From: Octopus sinensis
Taxonomy: Eukaryota
Direction of reading: 5' to 3'
Length of the DNA stretch: 22,725 bases
Assembly (NCBI RefSeq): GCF_006345805.1
Contig: NW_021836787.1
Span: 1-22,725, forward strand
In this document: positions 1 to 10,589 of the stretch, one piece after another
Numbering within the stretch: position 1 is the first letter of the stretch
Layout: the number at the start of each line of letters is the position of its first letter
Notes under the pieces: generated by a model
Told to the model about the DNA's origin: nothing
The model's database searches: none
Seen by the model: only the letters and a program-made list of their open reading frames with translations
Position numbers and translations under genes: made by a program

Positions 1-209
1 AAAATTTTCCGTGGTACAAGCTAGACGCTTAGTTCTGGTATATGGGTTTAATATAATGTCAATGAGTGTCTCCATATGGTGTCGCAGAGTTCCGTCAGAA
101 ATACGTAGCAGGAAACTTTCAGTGATATTAATTGCGTTGGGAATTATGACTTCATAATTCATAAGTTCATAAGGTGAGGGACATTATCACCCTCAATAAA
201 TATATATAT

Positions 210-251
<42 letters not shown>

Positions 252-252
<1 letters not shown>

Positions 253-342
253 GAAGTAGATGAATGAATTATCCTAGTATGGATAATTCGGTTAATCGAT
301 ACCTGGGTAGCAAATTCACGTCAGAAAAACACGGTTGAAGCT
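252..342 (-). repeat. Dispersed ~90-bp repeat, inverted copy of 20513-20606
   Basis: Reverse complement (agcttcaaccgtgtttttctgacgtgaatttgctacccaggtatc...gaattatcc...gataattcattc) aligns with 20513-20606. Contains a 9-bp hairpin gaattatcc/ggataattc. Both copies lie next to (TA)n. Confidence 0.8.
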
Positions 343-916
343 TCATGCCAAGGAATTTTGTTAAAATCTTCGTTCGACTCCATTCTTTTCATTTATATAT
401 ATATATATATATATATACATTTATACACGCTTTTAAAACATGTCCCTAGTAGAAGAACACGCTGACATAAACCGCATTTGCAGTGAATGGTATTGAACAT
501 TTTGGGAGTCTTTTGATTGCGCTTGAGATTATAGCACTCCCATATTCGTTAGACTTCAACCAATATTGACATTATGTACCTTATCCTGGGTAATGTCAAT
601 AGTTTGGAAAGGGCCTATGAGAGGTTGTGCAAGCCTTATTGGTCAAATTTAGGTTAAACATCGTAGGTTGTGCAATCACCAGAAAGTTCTGCAGGCTCAA
701 AACCTGGTAAAAATTATTAGGGAAAAGTATATCAGGCCTTGTCTAACAAATGGATCTGGTGTACTATGTGGAAGACACTTAGATAGTTCAATGGAAGTAT
801 AGCCGGCTGCAGCAACCCATTGTTGGGTTGAGAGAGCAAGATGGGGTAAGTAAAACATTTCCATCCACTGTCATGTTGCCCATGGGTTGTACTTGTACCA
901 CATTGAATATGTATAT

Positions 917-929
917 TTGTGTGTGTGTG

Positions 930-963
<34 letters not shown>
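917..963. repeat. (TG)n microsatellite
   Basis: Direct reading. Confidence 0.95.
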
Positions 964-966
<3 letters not shown>

Positions 967-2168
967 AGATAGAGTAAAAAGTAAACATGAATTTCTAACG
1001 GATTTTTGCAGAGTTTTGAATTTTTTAAACATTTTTTTTTTTTGGCAATTCTGATAATAAAGACATAGACTCTCCCAAATGCATCAATAAATTAACATTG
1101 ATATTTTTTCACCGATGTTACAATCTTCTGAAATGGAACTCTTGAAGCGGGATATTCGAGCAATTTTGCTATTCAATTTCAAAAAAAAAAAATAAGATGT
1201 AAACTGCTCGCGACATCAACGAAATGTCTCGTGAGTGGTCAGCTGGAAAATGGTTTAAACGATTTCGCAGTGGCGACCTGATACTTAAAGATCGGGTGCG
1301 TAGTGGACGCCGATCCCTCATTGATGACGGTCAATAAAAGACTGTCATGGAGGAAGATCCACGCAAAGCTAATCGAGAACTGACCAAAGAACTTCCAGTT
1401 TGCCAGAAAACTGCCTGCAGCCGTTTGCATGCGATCGGAAAATCAAGAAACCTCGACAAATGGGTACCACATGATTTGAAGGAAAATCATAAAATACGCA
1501 GATATAAAATTTGGTTGTCGCTTCTTCTCCGTCACCAGACCAATCCATTTCTCGACCGTATTGTAACTTGCGATGAAAAGTGGATTCTTGGACCAAAATG
1601 AAGCACTGAAAACTCTCCCTAACCCGAGCTCTTCAAAGAGAAGGTTAAGGTAATTGTTTGGTGGTATACTGTTGGGGTTATCCACCATAACTTCATAAAA
1701 CCCGGAGAAACCATTACTGAAGAAAGATATTGCCATGAAATTGCCAAAATAAATGAAACACTGATACTCCACCGTCCCAAACTGGTCAACAGAAGAGGCA
1801 AATCATTCTTCATGATAATGCTTGCCCACACGTTTCCCTAATCACGCTCCAGAAGTTGAAAGAATATGGCAGCTTATTCCCCTGGCCTTTCTCCTACTGA
1901 CTACCACTTTTCCAACCAGCTTGATGGTTTCCTGCAAGTCAAAGAGTTCAGAAATCAAACCGATGCAGAAAGTGCGTTCAAAGAGTTCATCAGCTCCAGA
2001 ATTCCGGTTTTTTTATGTTACCAGAATAAAGAAACTGGGAACTCGTTTGCAAAAATGTGTTGATTGTATATATACTTAATTTGATGAATAAGCATTTCGG
2101 CGTTGTTGAAATACATTGTCATGAATCTCAGGTTTAAAACCGTTGCTTACTGTTTACTCAGCCTAATA
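963..2168 (+). mobile_element. Mariner DNA transposon (cecropia/Hsmar1-like subfamily), decayed
   Basis: Degenerate TIRs: left tatgagatagagtaaaaagtaaaca vs reverse complement of right end tattaggctgagtaaacagtaagca (19/25). Length ~1.2 kb, TA at the ends, transposase remnant inside. Confidence 0.85.
1133..2079 (+). pseudogene. Mariner (DD34D-type) transposase pseudogene
   Basis: Motifs across frames: WFKRFRSGD, KWVPHDL, PFLDRIVTCDEKWIL, PGETITEERYCHEI, LVNRRG..HDNACPH, AYSPGLSPTDYHF, DAESAFKEFISSR, QKCVDC. Stops, frameshifts and deletions are present (after WIL, and the WEVLPHP-equivalent between the 2nd and 3rd catalytic Asp; restoring 7 aa gives 34-aa spacing). Confidence 0.95.
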
Positions 2169-2204
2169 TATATATATATATAAAGAAGTGAATACATTGG
2201 GAAA

Positions 2205-2545
2205 GGCACAGAAGTATAGTTTAAAGAATGATTAATATAATATTACAGGTTTTAATGAGTCCATCATATTAAATATTAGAGATATTAGACAGACGTTTTG
2301 TGTGAGTCAGTGAGAAAATCATTTTTTGCTTTGTTTTGTTGGGGGTTAACTGTTTGTAGCCAATTTTGAGATCTTAAGAAATGAAATCGTGGCACAAACT
2401 ATTAAACCCCACAAAATTGCTTTTTCACTTTGACTGACACAAAATTCGTTTTTATATCTCTAGTATTTGATGTTGGATACATCGAAACCACGTATATTGT
2501 ATTAAATATTCTCTAAAATATAATGCTTCCAACATTATTTCCTCA
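2205..2545. mobile_element. Old MITE-like element with long degenerate inverted arms
   Basis: ~2205-2350 aligns with the reverse complement of ~2400-2545 (e.g. aaatattagagatat / atatctctagtattt; ttttgtgtgagtca / tgactgacacaaaa; ggggttaa / ttaaacccc). Confidence 0.65.
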
Positions 2546-2593
2546 TTTTAATTATAATTTTTGATTTGTATGGACTCCTAACCACTTTTCGTC

Positions 2594-2860
2594 TATCTGT
2601 CTATCTATTTAACTATCTATCTATCAGTCTGTCTATCTATTTATGTATCTATCTAGCTAGCTATCTGTCTGTCTATCTATCATATATCTATTGATCCTTT
2701 TTTCCCCTTTTTTCTTCTTTTTTCATTTCTCTTTTCTTTTGTTCGTTTTCCTTTTTTTCTTTTTTTTCGTTCTTTTTTTCCCCTTTTACGATCCTTTTTG
2801 ATCGAAAACCTACGCCACCTTTTTTTTGTTTCTTTTGTTTTTTTGTTTTTGTTTTTTCAT
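2594..2860. repeat. (TCTA)n microsatellite followed by a T/C-rich low-complexity tract
   Basis: Direct reading. Confidence 0.9.
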
Positions 2861-3075
2861 CCCCCAAAAGAAAAGATCTACCTTGTAACTTGTACCATCT
2901 GTGTGCAGCCCTGTGTGGCCAATAAAGAAACTTATCATATATCTATCCAGATACACACATACACACACACAAATACACATACACACACAAACATTTATAT
3001 AGGAGTAAATAAGCAAGTTAGGTAAGCCGATATATAAAACAATATTAAATGCATTTAATAGTAAAAGTGTACATA

Positions 3076-3478
3076 GGCGCAGGAGTGGCTGTGTGGTATG
3101 TAGCTTGCTAACCAACCACTTGGTTCCGGGTTCAGTCCCACTGCGTGGCTTCTTGGGCAAGTGTCTTCTGCTATAGCCCTGGGCCGACCAATGCCTTGTG
3201 AGTGGATTTGTTAGACGGAAACTGAAGGAAACCCGTCGTATATATATATGTATATACATATATGTGTGTGTGTGTTTGTGTGTCTGTGTTTGTCTCCCCA
3301 ACATCGCTTGACAACCGATGTTGGTGTATTTACGTCCCCGTTACTTAGCGGTTCGGCAAAAGAGACCGATAGGATAAGTACTAGGCTTACAACTAATAAG
3401 TCCTGGGGTTGATTTGCTCGACTAAAAAGGCGGTGCTCCAGCATGGCCGCAGTCAAATGACTGAAACAAGTAAAAGAG
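3076..3478 (+). mobile_element. tRNA-derived SINE, family A (octopus-type), near full length
   Basis: Head ggcgcaggagtggctgtgtggta with box A and box B (ggttcagtccc), internal (TA)/(TG) tract, tail gctccagcatggccgcagtcaaatgactgaaacaagtaaaaga. A second copy at 11353-11740 aligns throughout. Confidence 0.9.
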
Positions 3479-3622
3479 AAAAAGGAGAAAATGTATATCT
3501 ATCAGTCTATATATATATACTTCTCATTCTCTCCTCCATCCTCCCTCACCCTCTCTGTTTCTGCCTGTTTGTGCGCCTGTCTGTCTGTCTCTCATTTTCT
3601 GTCTCTATGTATATATGTGATC

Positions 3623-4005
3623 TTTTAAATTCTCAAAAGCACGACAATGCTAATATTATAGCCTGAACAAGATAAACTACCCCTAATTTGCAGAAAAAAG
3701 TGTTGGCGGCCAGTTATGAGACTCGAACTCATACCCCCGGGATTACGCGTCGCGGTGCGCTGACCTTTAAGCTAACCTTCCCTTACCGCAACTTCTTCCG
3801 CAAATTTAAGATATATAGAAATCTCGCTTTTATGAGACAGTATCGCACGTTAAATTCATATTACGATAAAAGCAAGCAAACAAACGAAGTTTGCTTTAGA
3901 AGCGTTGAGATGTCTTATAAAGTTAAAGAAGTCATTTTTAAAATTCTCAAACGATGGATAATGCTAATAATATAGCCTGAACAGGATAAGTTACCTACCC
4001 CTAAT
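3623..4005 (+). repeat. ~65-bp imperfect direct repeat pair (3623-3687 and 3936-4005)
   Basis: ttttaaattctcaaa...aatgctaat.atatagcctgaaca.gataa...tacccctaat occurs twice, ~315 bp apart, enclosing the tRNA-like sequence. Confidence 0.8.
3707..3781 (-). tRNA. tRNA-like pseudogene (CGT/Thr-like loop, imperfect acceptor stem)
   Basis: Minus strand GGAAGGT-TAGCTTAAAGGTCAGCGCA-CCGCGA-CGCGTAA-TCCCGG-GGG-TATGAG-TTCGAGT-CTCATA-ACTGGCC. Box A and box B present, perfect T-arm, anticodon stem with 1 mismatch, acceptor 5/7 paired, T6 tract about 8 nt downstream. Confidence 0.55.
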
Positions 4006-4063
4006 ATTATTATATATATATCAAGAACAATCTTACTTAGAAATGGATGCGTGCTTTCCGTCA

Positions 4064-4378
4064 TATAATATATTAATAAATAAAACATATGCATATATAT
4101 ATACATATATGTACGTACCCACCTCTACATGTATATATACACGCATATATGGGTACAGGGGGATTTTTCCTTGTATTATTTGCCTTGTACTCTATTTTTT
4201 TGTTCTTTAAGAAAAATGTCCTGTTCCTTGTTTTTGTGTTTATGTTACCGTTTCTCATTGTGTTCGACGTTTTTTGGGGTGTCCTGTACCCATATATGCG
4301 TGTATATATACATGTAGAGGTAGGTACGTACATATATGTATATACATATGCATATGTTTTATCTATTAATATATTATA
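4064..4378. repeat. Near-perfect fold-back: 96-bp arms (4064-4159 / 4283-4378), ~123-bp spacer
   Basis: Arms are reverse complements with about 3 mismatches; lies ~11 bp before the start of the 546-bp array. Confidence 0.9.
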
Positions 4379-4571
4379 TATATATATATATTATATAAAA
4401 GGGCTTAGTAAAATAAATTACTTTGCCGCATACTGAACTCATTAGAAATAGCAGCTAAAAAACTTTTTTAAAGCTATTTCTAATACTTAAAGAAAATCTC
4501 TCTCATATATAGTGTTTGCTTAATTCAACTCACACAAGTTTGGGGGTAAGGACATCGAAAAATCAAATGCT

Positions 4572-4641
4572 AAGTTATTCGAGAACGTACGTTTCAAGAT
4601 TAGTCAAAACAACATTTCTATCATCGGCTCAGAAATTCCTT
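4572..4641 (-). ncRNA. Variant minimal type I hammerhead-like motif (array copy R1)
   Basis: Reverse complement of the motif described at 5585-5655. Confidence 0.45.
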
Positions 4642-5115
4642 GGTTTGGATTTGGAAACACTGAAAATAAGAACATACCCTTTCGAAGATCTGCTCCCAAC
4701 TAACAGTGCCAACACATTCAAATAAGCAAGCGAAGAATCTCTGTTCTCCCCTTTCCACCAGCGTGGGTTAAAATCATCAAACTATGCTTATTTCGGTAAA
4801 ATCCGAAGCATTAATCAGAGGGAGATTAATTATAATTTCAACAATTGAGGGCAAAATTAATTAATTATTAATCAATTTCACCAAGTGTTCAGTATGCAAA
4901 GGGACCATTCAAGGCGAATTCAAATTATTACATTATATAAAAGGGCTTAGTAAAATAAATTACTTTGCCGCATACTGAACTCATTAGAAATAGCAGCTAA
5001 AAAACTTTTTTAAAGCTATTTCTAATACTTAAAGAAAATCTCTCTCATATATAGTTTTTGCTTAATTCAACTCACACAAGTTTGGGGGTAAGGACATCGA
5101 AAAAAATCAAATGCT

Positions 5116-5186
5116 AAGGTTATTCGAGAACGTACGTTTCAAGATTAGTCAAAACAACATTTCTATCATCGGCTCAGAAATTCCTT
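5116..5186 (-). ncRNA. Variant minimal type I hammerhead-like motif (array copy R2)
   Basis: Reverse complement of the motif described at 5585-5655. Confidence 0.45.
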
Positions 5187-5584
5187 GGTTTGGATTTGGA
5201 AACACTGAAAATAAGAACATACCCTTTCGAAGATCTGCTCCCAACTAACAGTGCAAACAAATTCAAATAAGCAAGCGAAGAATCTCTGTTCTCCCCTTTC
5301 CACCAGCGTGGGTTAAAATCATCAAACACTATGCTTATTTCGGTAAATCCGAAGCATTAATCAGAGGGAGATTAATTATAATTTCAACAATTGAGGCAAA
5401 ATTAATTAATTATTAATCAATTTCACCAAGTGTTCAGTATGCAAAGTATGATTTTAACCCACGCTGGTGGAAAGGGGAGAACAGAGATTCTTCGCTTGCT
5501 TATTTGAATTTGTTTGGCACTGTTAGTTGGGAGCAGATCTTCGAAAGGGTATGTTCTTATTTTCAGTGTTTCCAAATCCAAACC

Positions 5585-5655
5585 AAGGAATTTCTGAGCC
5601 GATGATAGAAATGTTGTTTTGACTAATCTTGAAACGTACGTTCTCGAATAACCTT
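5585..5655 (+). ncRNA. Variant minimal type I hammerhead-like motif (array copy F1)
   Basis: aagg..tgag CCGATGA t-aga...tct-t GAAAC GTAC GTT ctcg..cctt. Stem I tgag/ctcg plus aagg/cctt; palindromic stem III (A)ACGTACGT(T); predicted GUU cleavage after 5642. Deviations from consensus: U4->C and U-U at 10.1/11.1. Confidence 0.5.
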
Positions 5656-6133
5656 AGCATTTGATTTTTCGATGTCCTTACCCCCAAACTTGTGTGAGTT
5701 GAATTAAGCAAACACTATATATGAGAGAGATTTTCTTTAAGTATTAGAAATAGCTTTAAAAAAGTTTTTTAGCTGCTATTTCTAATGAGTTCAGTATGCG
5801 GCAAAGTAATTTATTTTACTAAGCCCTTTTATATAATGTAATAATTTGAATTCGCCTTGAATGGTCCCTTTGCATACTGAACACTTGGTGAAATTGATTA
5901 ATAATTAATTAATTTTGCCCTCAATTGTTTGTTGAAATTATAATTAATCTCCCTCTGATTAATGCTTCGGATTTTACCGAAATAAGCATAGTGTTTGATG
6001 ATTTTAACCCACGCTGGTGGAAAGGGGAGAACAGAGATTCTTCGCTTGCTTATTTGAATTTGTTTGGCACTGTTAGTTGGGAGCAGATCTTCGAAGGGTA
6101 TGTTCTTATTTTCAGTGTTTCCAAATCCAAACC

Positions 6134-6192
6134 AAGGAATTCTGAGCCGATGATAGAAATGTTGTTTTGACTAATCTTGAAACGTACGTTCT
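6134..6192 (+). ncRNA. Variant hammerhead-like motif (array copy F2)
   Basis: As F1; core at 6147. Confidence 0.45.
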
Positions 6193-6677
6193 CGAATAAC
6201 CTAGCATTTGATTTTTCGATGTCCTTACCCCCAAACTTGTGTGAGTTGAATTAAGCAAACACTATATATGAGAGAGATTTTCTTTAAGTATTAGAAATAG
6301 CTTTAAAAAAGTTTTTTAGCTGCTATTTCTAATGAGTTCAGTATGCGGCAAAGTAATTTATTTTACTAAGCCCTTTTATATAATGTAATAATTTGAATTC
6401 GCCTTGAATGGTCCCTTTGCATACTGAACACTTGGTGAAATTGATTAATAATTAATTAATTTTGCCCTCAATTGTTGAAATTATAATTAATCTCCCTCTG
6501 ATTAATGCTTCGGATTTTACCGAAATAAGCATAGTGTTTGATGATTTTAACCCACGCTGGTGGAAAGGGGAGAACAGAGATTCTTCGCTTGCTTATTTGA
6601 ATTTGTTTGGCACTGTTAGTTGGGAGCAGATCTTCGAAAGGGTATGTTCTTATTTTCAGTGTTTCCAAATCCAAACC

Positions 6678-6748
6678 AAGGAATTTCTGAGCCGATGATA
6701 GAAATGTTGTTTTGACTAATCTTGAAACGTACGTTCTCGAATAACCTT
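6678..6748 (+). ncRNA. Variant hammerhead-like motif (array copy F3)
   Basis: As F1; core at 6692. Confidence 0.45.
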
Positions 6749-7228
6749 AGCATTTGATTTTTCGATGTCCTTACCCCCAAAACTGTGTGAGTTGAATTAA
6801 GCAAACACTATATATGAGAGAGATTTTCTTTAAGTATTAGAAATAGCTTAAAAAAAGTTTTTTAGCTGCTATTTCTAATGAGTTCAGTATGCGGCAAAGT
6901 AATTTATTTTACTAAGCCCTTTTATATAATGTAATAATTGAATTCGCCTTGAATGGTCCCTTTGCATACTGAACACTTGGTGATTTGATAATTGATTAAT
7001 AATTAATTAATTTTGCCCTCAATTGTTGAAATTATAATTAATCTCCCTCTGATTAATGCTTCGGATTTTACCGAAATAAGCATAGTGTTTGATGATTTTA
7101 ACCCACGCTGGTGGAAAGGGGAGAACAGAGATTCTTCGCTTGCTTATTTGAATTTGTTTGGCACTGTTAGTTGGGAGCAGATCTTCGAAAGGGTATGTTC
7201 TTATTTTCAGTGTTTCCAAATCCAAACC

Positions 7229-7299
7229 AAGGAATTTCTGAGCCGATGATAGAAATGTTGTTTTGACTAATCTTGAAACGTACGTTCTCGAATAACCCT
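7229..7299 (+). ncRNA. Variant hammerhead-like motif (array copy F4)
   Basis: As F1; core at 7243. Confidence 0.45.
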
Positions 7300-7771
7300 A
7301 GCATTTGATTTTTCGATGTCCTTACCCCCAAACTTGTGTGAGTTGAATTAAGCAAACACTATATATGAGAGAGATTTTCTTTAAGTATTAGAAATAGCTT
7401 TAAAAAAGTTTTTTAGCTGCTATTTCTAATGAGTTCAGTATGCGGCAAAGTAATTTATTTTACTAAGCCCTTTTATATAATGTAATAATTTGAATTCGCC
7501 TTGAATGGTCCCTTTGCATACTGAACACTTGGTGAAATTGATTAATAATTAATTAATTTTGCCCTCAATTGTTGAATATAATAATCTCCCTCTGATTAAT
7601 GCTTCGGATTTTACCGAAATAAGCATAGTGTTTGATGATTTTAACCCACGCTGGTGGAAAGGGGAGAACAGAGATTCTTCGCTTGCTTATTTGAATTTGT
7701 TTGGCACTGTTAGTTGGGAGCAGATCTTCGAAAGGGTATGTTCTTATTTTCAGTGTTTCCAAATCCAAACC

Positions 7772-7842
7772 AAGGAATTTCTGAGCCGATGATAGAAATG
7801 TTGTTTTGACTAATCTTGAAACGTACGTTCTCGAATAACCTT
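7772..7842 (+). ncRNA. Variant hammerhead-like motif (array copy F5)
   Basis: As F1; core at 7786. Confidence 0.45.
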
Positions 7843-8118
7843 AGCATTTGATTTTTCGATGTCCTTACCCCCAAACTTGTGTGAGTTGAATTAAGCAAAC
7901 ACTATATATGAGAGAGATTTTCTTTAAGTATTAGAAATAGCTTTAAAAAAGTTTTTTAGCTGCTATTTCTAATGAGTTCAGTATGCGGCAAAGTAATTAT
8001 TTTACTAAGCCCTTTTATATAATGTAATAATTTGAATTCGCCTTGAATGGTCCCTTTGCATACTGAACACTTGGTGAAATTGATTAATAATTAATTAATT
8101 TTGCCCTCAATTGTTGGA

Positions 8119-8469
<351 letters not shown>

Positions 8470-8470
<1 letters not shown>

Positions 8471-9343
8471 AAACTTAGATATGTTTCGACCAAAGGTTGG
8501 TCCAGGCTATGTCTAACTTAATAGCACCACCCGACAGGATTATTTGAATCCTGTTTAAGTCAAGTTTTGTTTATGGTCCATTCAAGTAGTGAGTTTTTGT
8601 TGGGTGAGTTGTATCCAATTATGGGTGGCTTATCTGGTATTCCTTGAAGGAATCTATCCAGACTCCGTTTAAAGTTGATGGGGTCCAGTTCCTCTTTGAT
8701 CTCTTTCGGGACAATGTTAAATAGGGCAGGGCCTGTTGAGGAAAAGAAATTATGTTTTAGTGTACATGTATGCTGTGATCTTGAATTGGGTAGGGGACAT
8801 ATGGCTCGTGGTCCCAGTCTTGGATGAACCTTGAAGCTAATATTCAGGTCGTTTGGGCAAAGTTGGCGGTATATTCTCCACATCGTACAAATGATGTACC
8901 GCTGGAGAGAGTAGAGTTTCAAGGCTTTAAGGCGATCCCAATAATCGAGAGCAGCCATGCCTTCAATTCGTTTAGTGAGTGCTCTCTGGGGTGATTCAAT
9001 CCTCGAGATGTTTTGTCTTGTATGGGGAGACCACAGTGGGCAGCAGTATTCGAGGTGTGGCCGTACAAAGGAGAAAAGAGGTATGATGACACCTTGTTCT
9101 CTGGATCGGAAAGTTCTTAAGAGCCAGGAACTCATCCTACGGGCTATATCGACCTTTTTGTTGATGTGTGCACTCCAACTGAGATCGTCATCAACAAGTA
9201 CACCCAGGTCTCTGATATTGTTAGAGGCTGTGAGCGGAAGAGAGTATGGCTGTTTTAGTGAGGAATTTCTTCCAAAATGCATCAGCTCAAATATTCCCTC
9301 GTTCAGTTGCATTTTGTTTCTGTCTGCCCATTGACTCACAGCA
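8470..9343 (-). mobile_element. 5'-truncated CR1-group LINE with an intact 3' UTR
   Basis: ORF2 C-terminal remnant, then a 3' UTR with stem-loops (acaggatt/aatcctgt; gaccaa/ttggtc) ending gaaacatatctaag in a (TA)n tract. Confidence 0.9.
8560..9339 (-). pseudogene. CR1-group ORF2 reverse transcriptase C-terminal region (259-aa open fragment)
   Basis: IRDLGVLVDDDLSWSAHI, VRPHLEYCCPLWSPH, LDYWDRLKALKLYSLQR, GPALFNIVP, FKRSLDRFL..IPDKP..GY are characteristic of CR1-type RT thumb/C-terminus. Lacks the endonuclease and the RT core. Confidence 0.92.
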
Positions 9344-9349
9344 TATATA

Positions 9350-9765
<416 letters not shown>

Positions 9766-9813
9766 ATATTTCAACTGCTCGGAATCAAATACACTCCAGT
9801 TACTGTGAAGAAA

Positions 9814-10110
9814 ATATCTCTCTTATAGTCAAAAGGTAAGAAAACACTCAGTTTGTCCAATGTCGCCATCTATTAGGAATCGCTTCCTGGTTTACCTCGA
9901 CCAGGCGATCTATTAGCACAAATCAGTCAACATGGTGAGTGAATTATATATAAAGCTATTTCTTTATAAGTTCGTTCAGACTTGCCTCTCTTAGGTACAT
10001 CTCATTCACAAGAGTTATAAAACTCGAAATATCGAAGTATGGGATTCCTAATAGATGGCGACACAGGCCGAACTGGGTGTTTCCACAGCTTTTTACCATC
10101 AGAGAGATAT
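9814..10110. mobile_element. MITE-like element, ~297 bp, ~68-bp TIRs
   Basis: Perfect 21-bp inverted repeat tgtcgccatctattaggaatc (9861-9881) / gattcctaatagatggcgaca (10043-10063); degenerate pairing extends outward to atatctctct / agagagatat. Confidence 0.75.
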
Positions 10111-10159
10111 GACAAATCTATTTCATGTAGCCTAAGTTCTGTTCATATATATATATATA

Positions 10160-10559
10160 TACTAGCAGTATCGCCCGCCGTTGCTCGGGTTTGTAAGGGA
10201 AACAAATATATAAGCATTTTTAGAGATGTAAAGTATAATAGCCATCTCAATATGGTTAACCACAATGGGGTGGTGTTACTGTAGCTTTTTTACGTTCTGA
10301 GATTTAATAATACATTTTTAGAGAGTTACTTCCCTTATATATGCCAAAAATGCATTAAAAATGGGAAAAAATGATGGTAAATTGTTTTTTAAATCGTAGA
10401 CTCATCGTAGACGCGCGCTAATACCCAGAAGGGCTCGATATGAATCACAACTATAAGATACCCGCTTTTAGTTACACTGCACCGCAAAATATGGGAGTAG
10501 TTAGGAATCTAAATCATAGGAGACAGACAGCACACAACCTCACTTTTATATATAAAGAT
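10160..10559 (+). mobile_element. Non-autonomous Helitron/Helentron-like element
   Basis: Starts (T)ACTAGCAGTATCGCCCGCCGTTGCTCGGG (subterminal hairpin), ends ACAGACAG...CACTTTTATATATAAAGAT, inserted in (TA)n. This architecture resembles DINE-1/Lep1-like elements. Confidence 0.65.
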
Positions 10560-10589
10560 ATATATATATATATATATAATTTAAAACGT

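Larger units (their letters stand above)
4390..8117. repeat. ~546-bp tandem array with an orientation switch (about 2 reverse + 5 forward units); HHR-bearing, PLE pLTR/retrozyme-like
   Basis: Periods 542-551 bp (ccgatga at 5599, 6147, 6692, 7243, 7786; tcatcgg at 4621, 5166). Inversion junction at 5446/5447. Units differ mostly by 1-bp indels. Internal hairpins attagaaatagc/gctatttctaat and gttcagtatgc/gcatactgaac. Confidence 0.95.

Noticed and set aside
750-851. Possible exon ending at a GG|GTAAGT donor (MDLVYYVEDT*IVQWKYSRLQQPIVGLREQDG)
   Set aside because: In-frame stop, no convincing acceptor and no recognisable protein.
5523-7898. Repeated 62-81 aa ORFs on both strands of the array
   Set aside because: No recognisable domain, indels shift frames between copies, and they recur only because the unit is repeated.
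4390-8117. CRISPR-like or satellite interpretation of the array
   Set aside because: Units are ~546 bp with no unique spacers and no cas genes, in a eukaryotic context. A plain satellite cannot be excluded but does not explain the HHR-like motif.
8957-9334. 125-aa plus-strand ORF, and 142-aa minus-strand ORF at 21552-21980
   Set aside because: Antisense shadows of the LINE RT frames.
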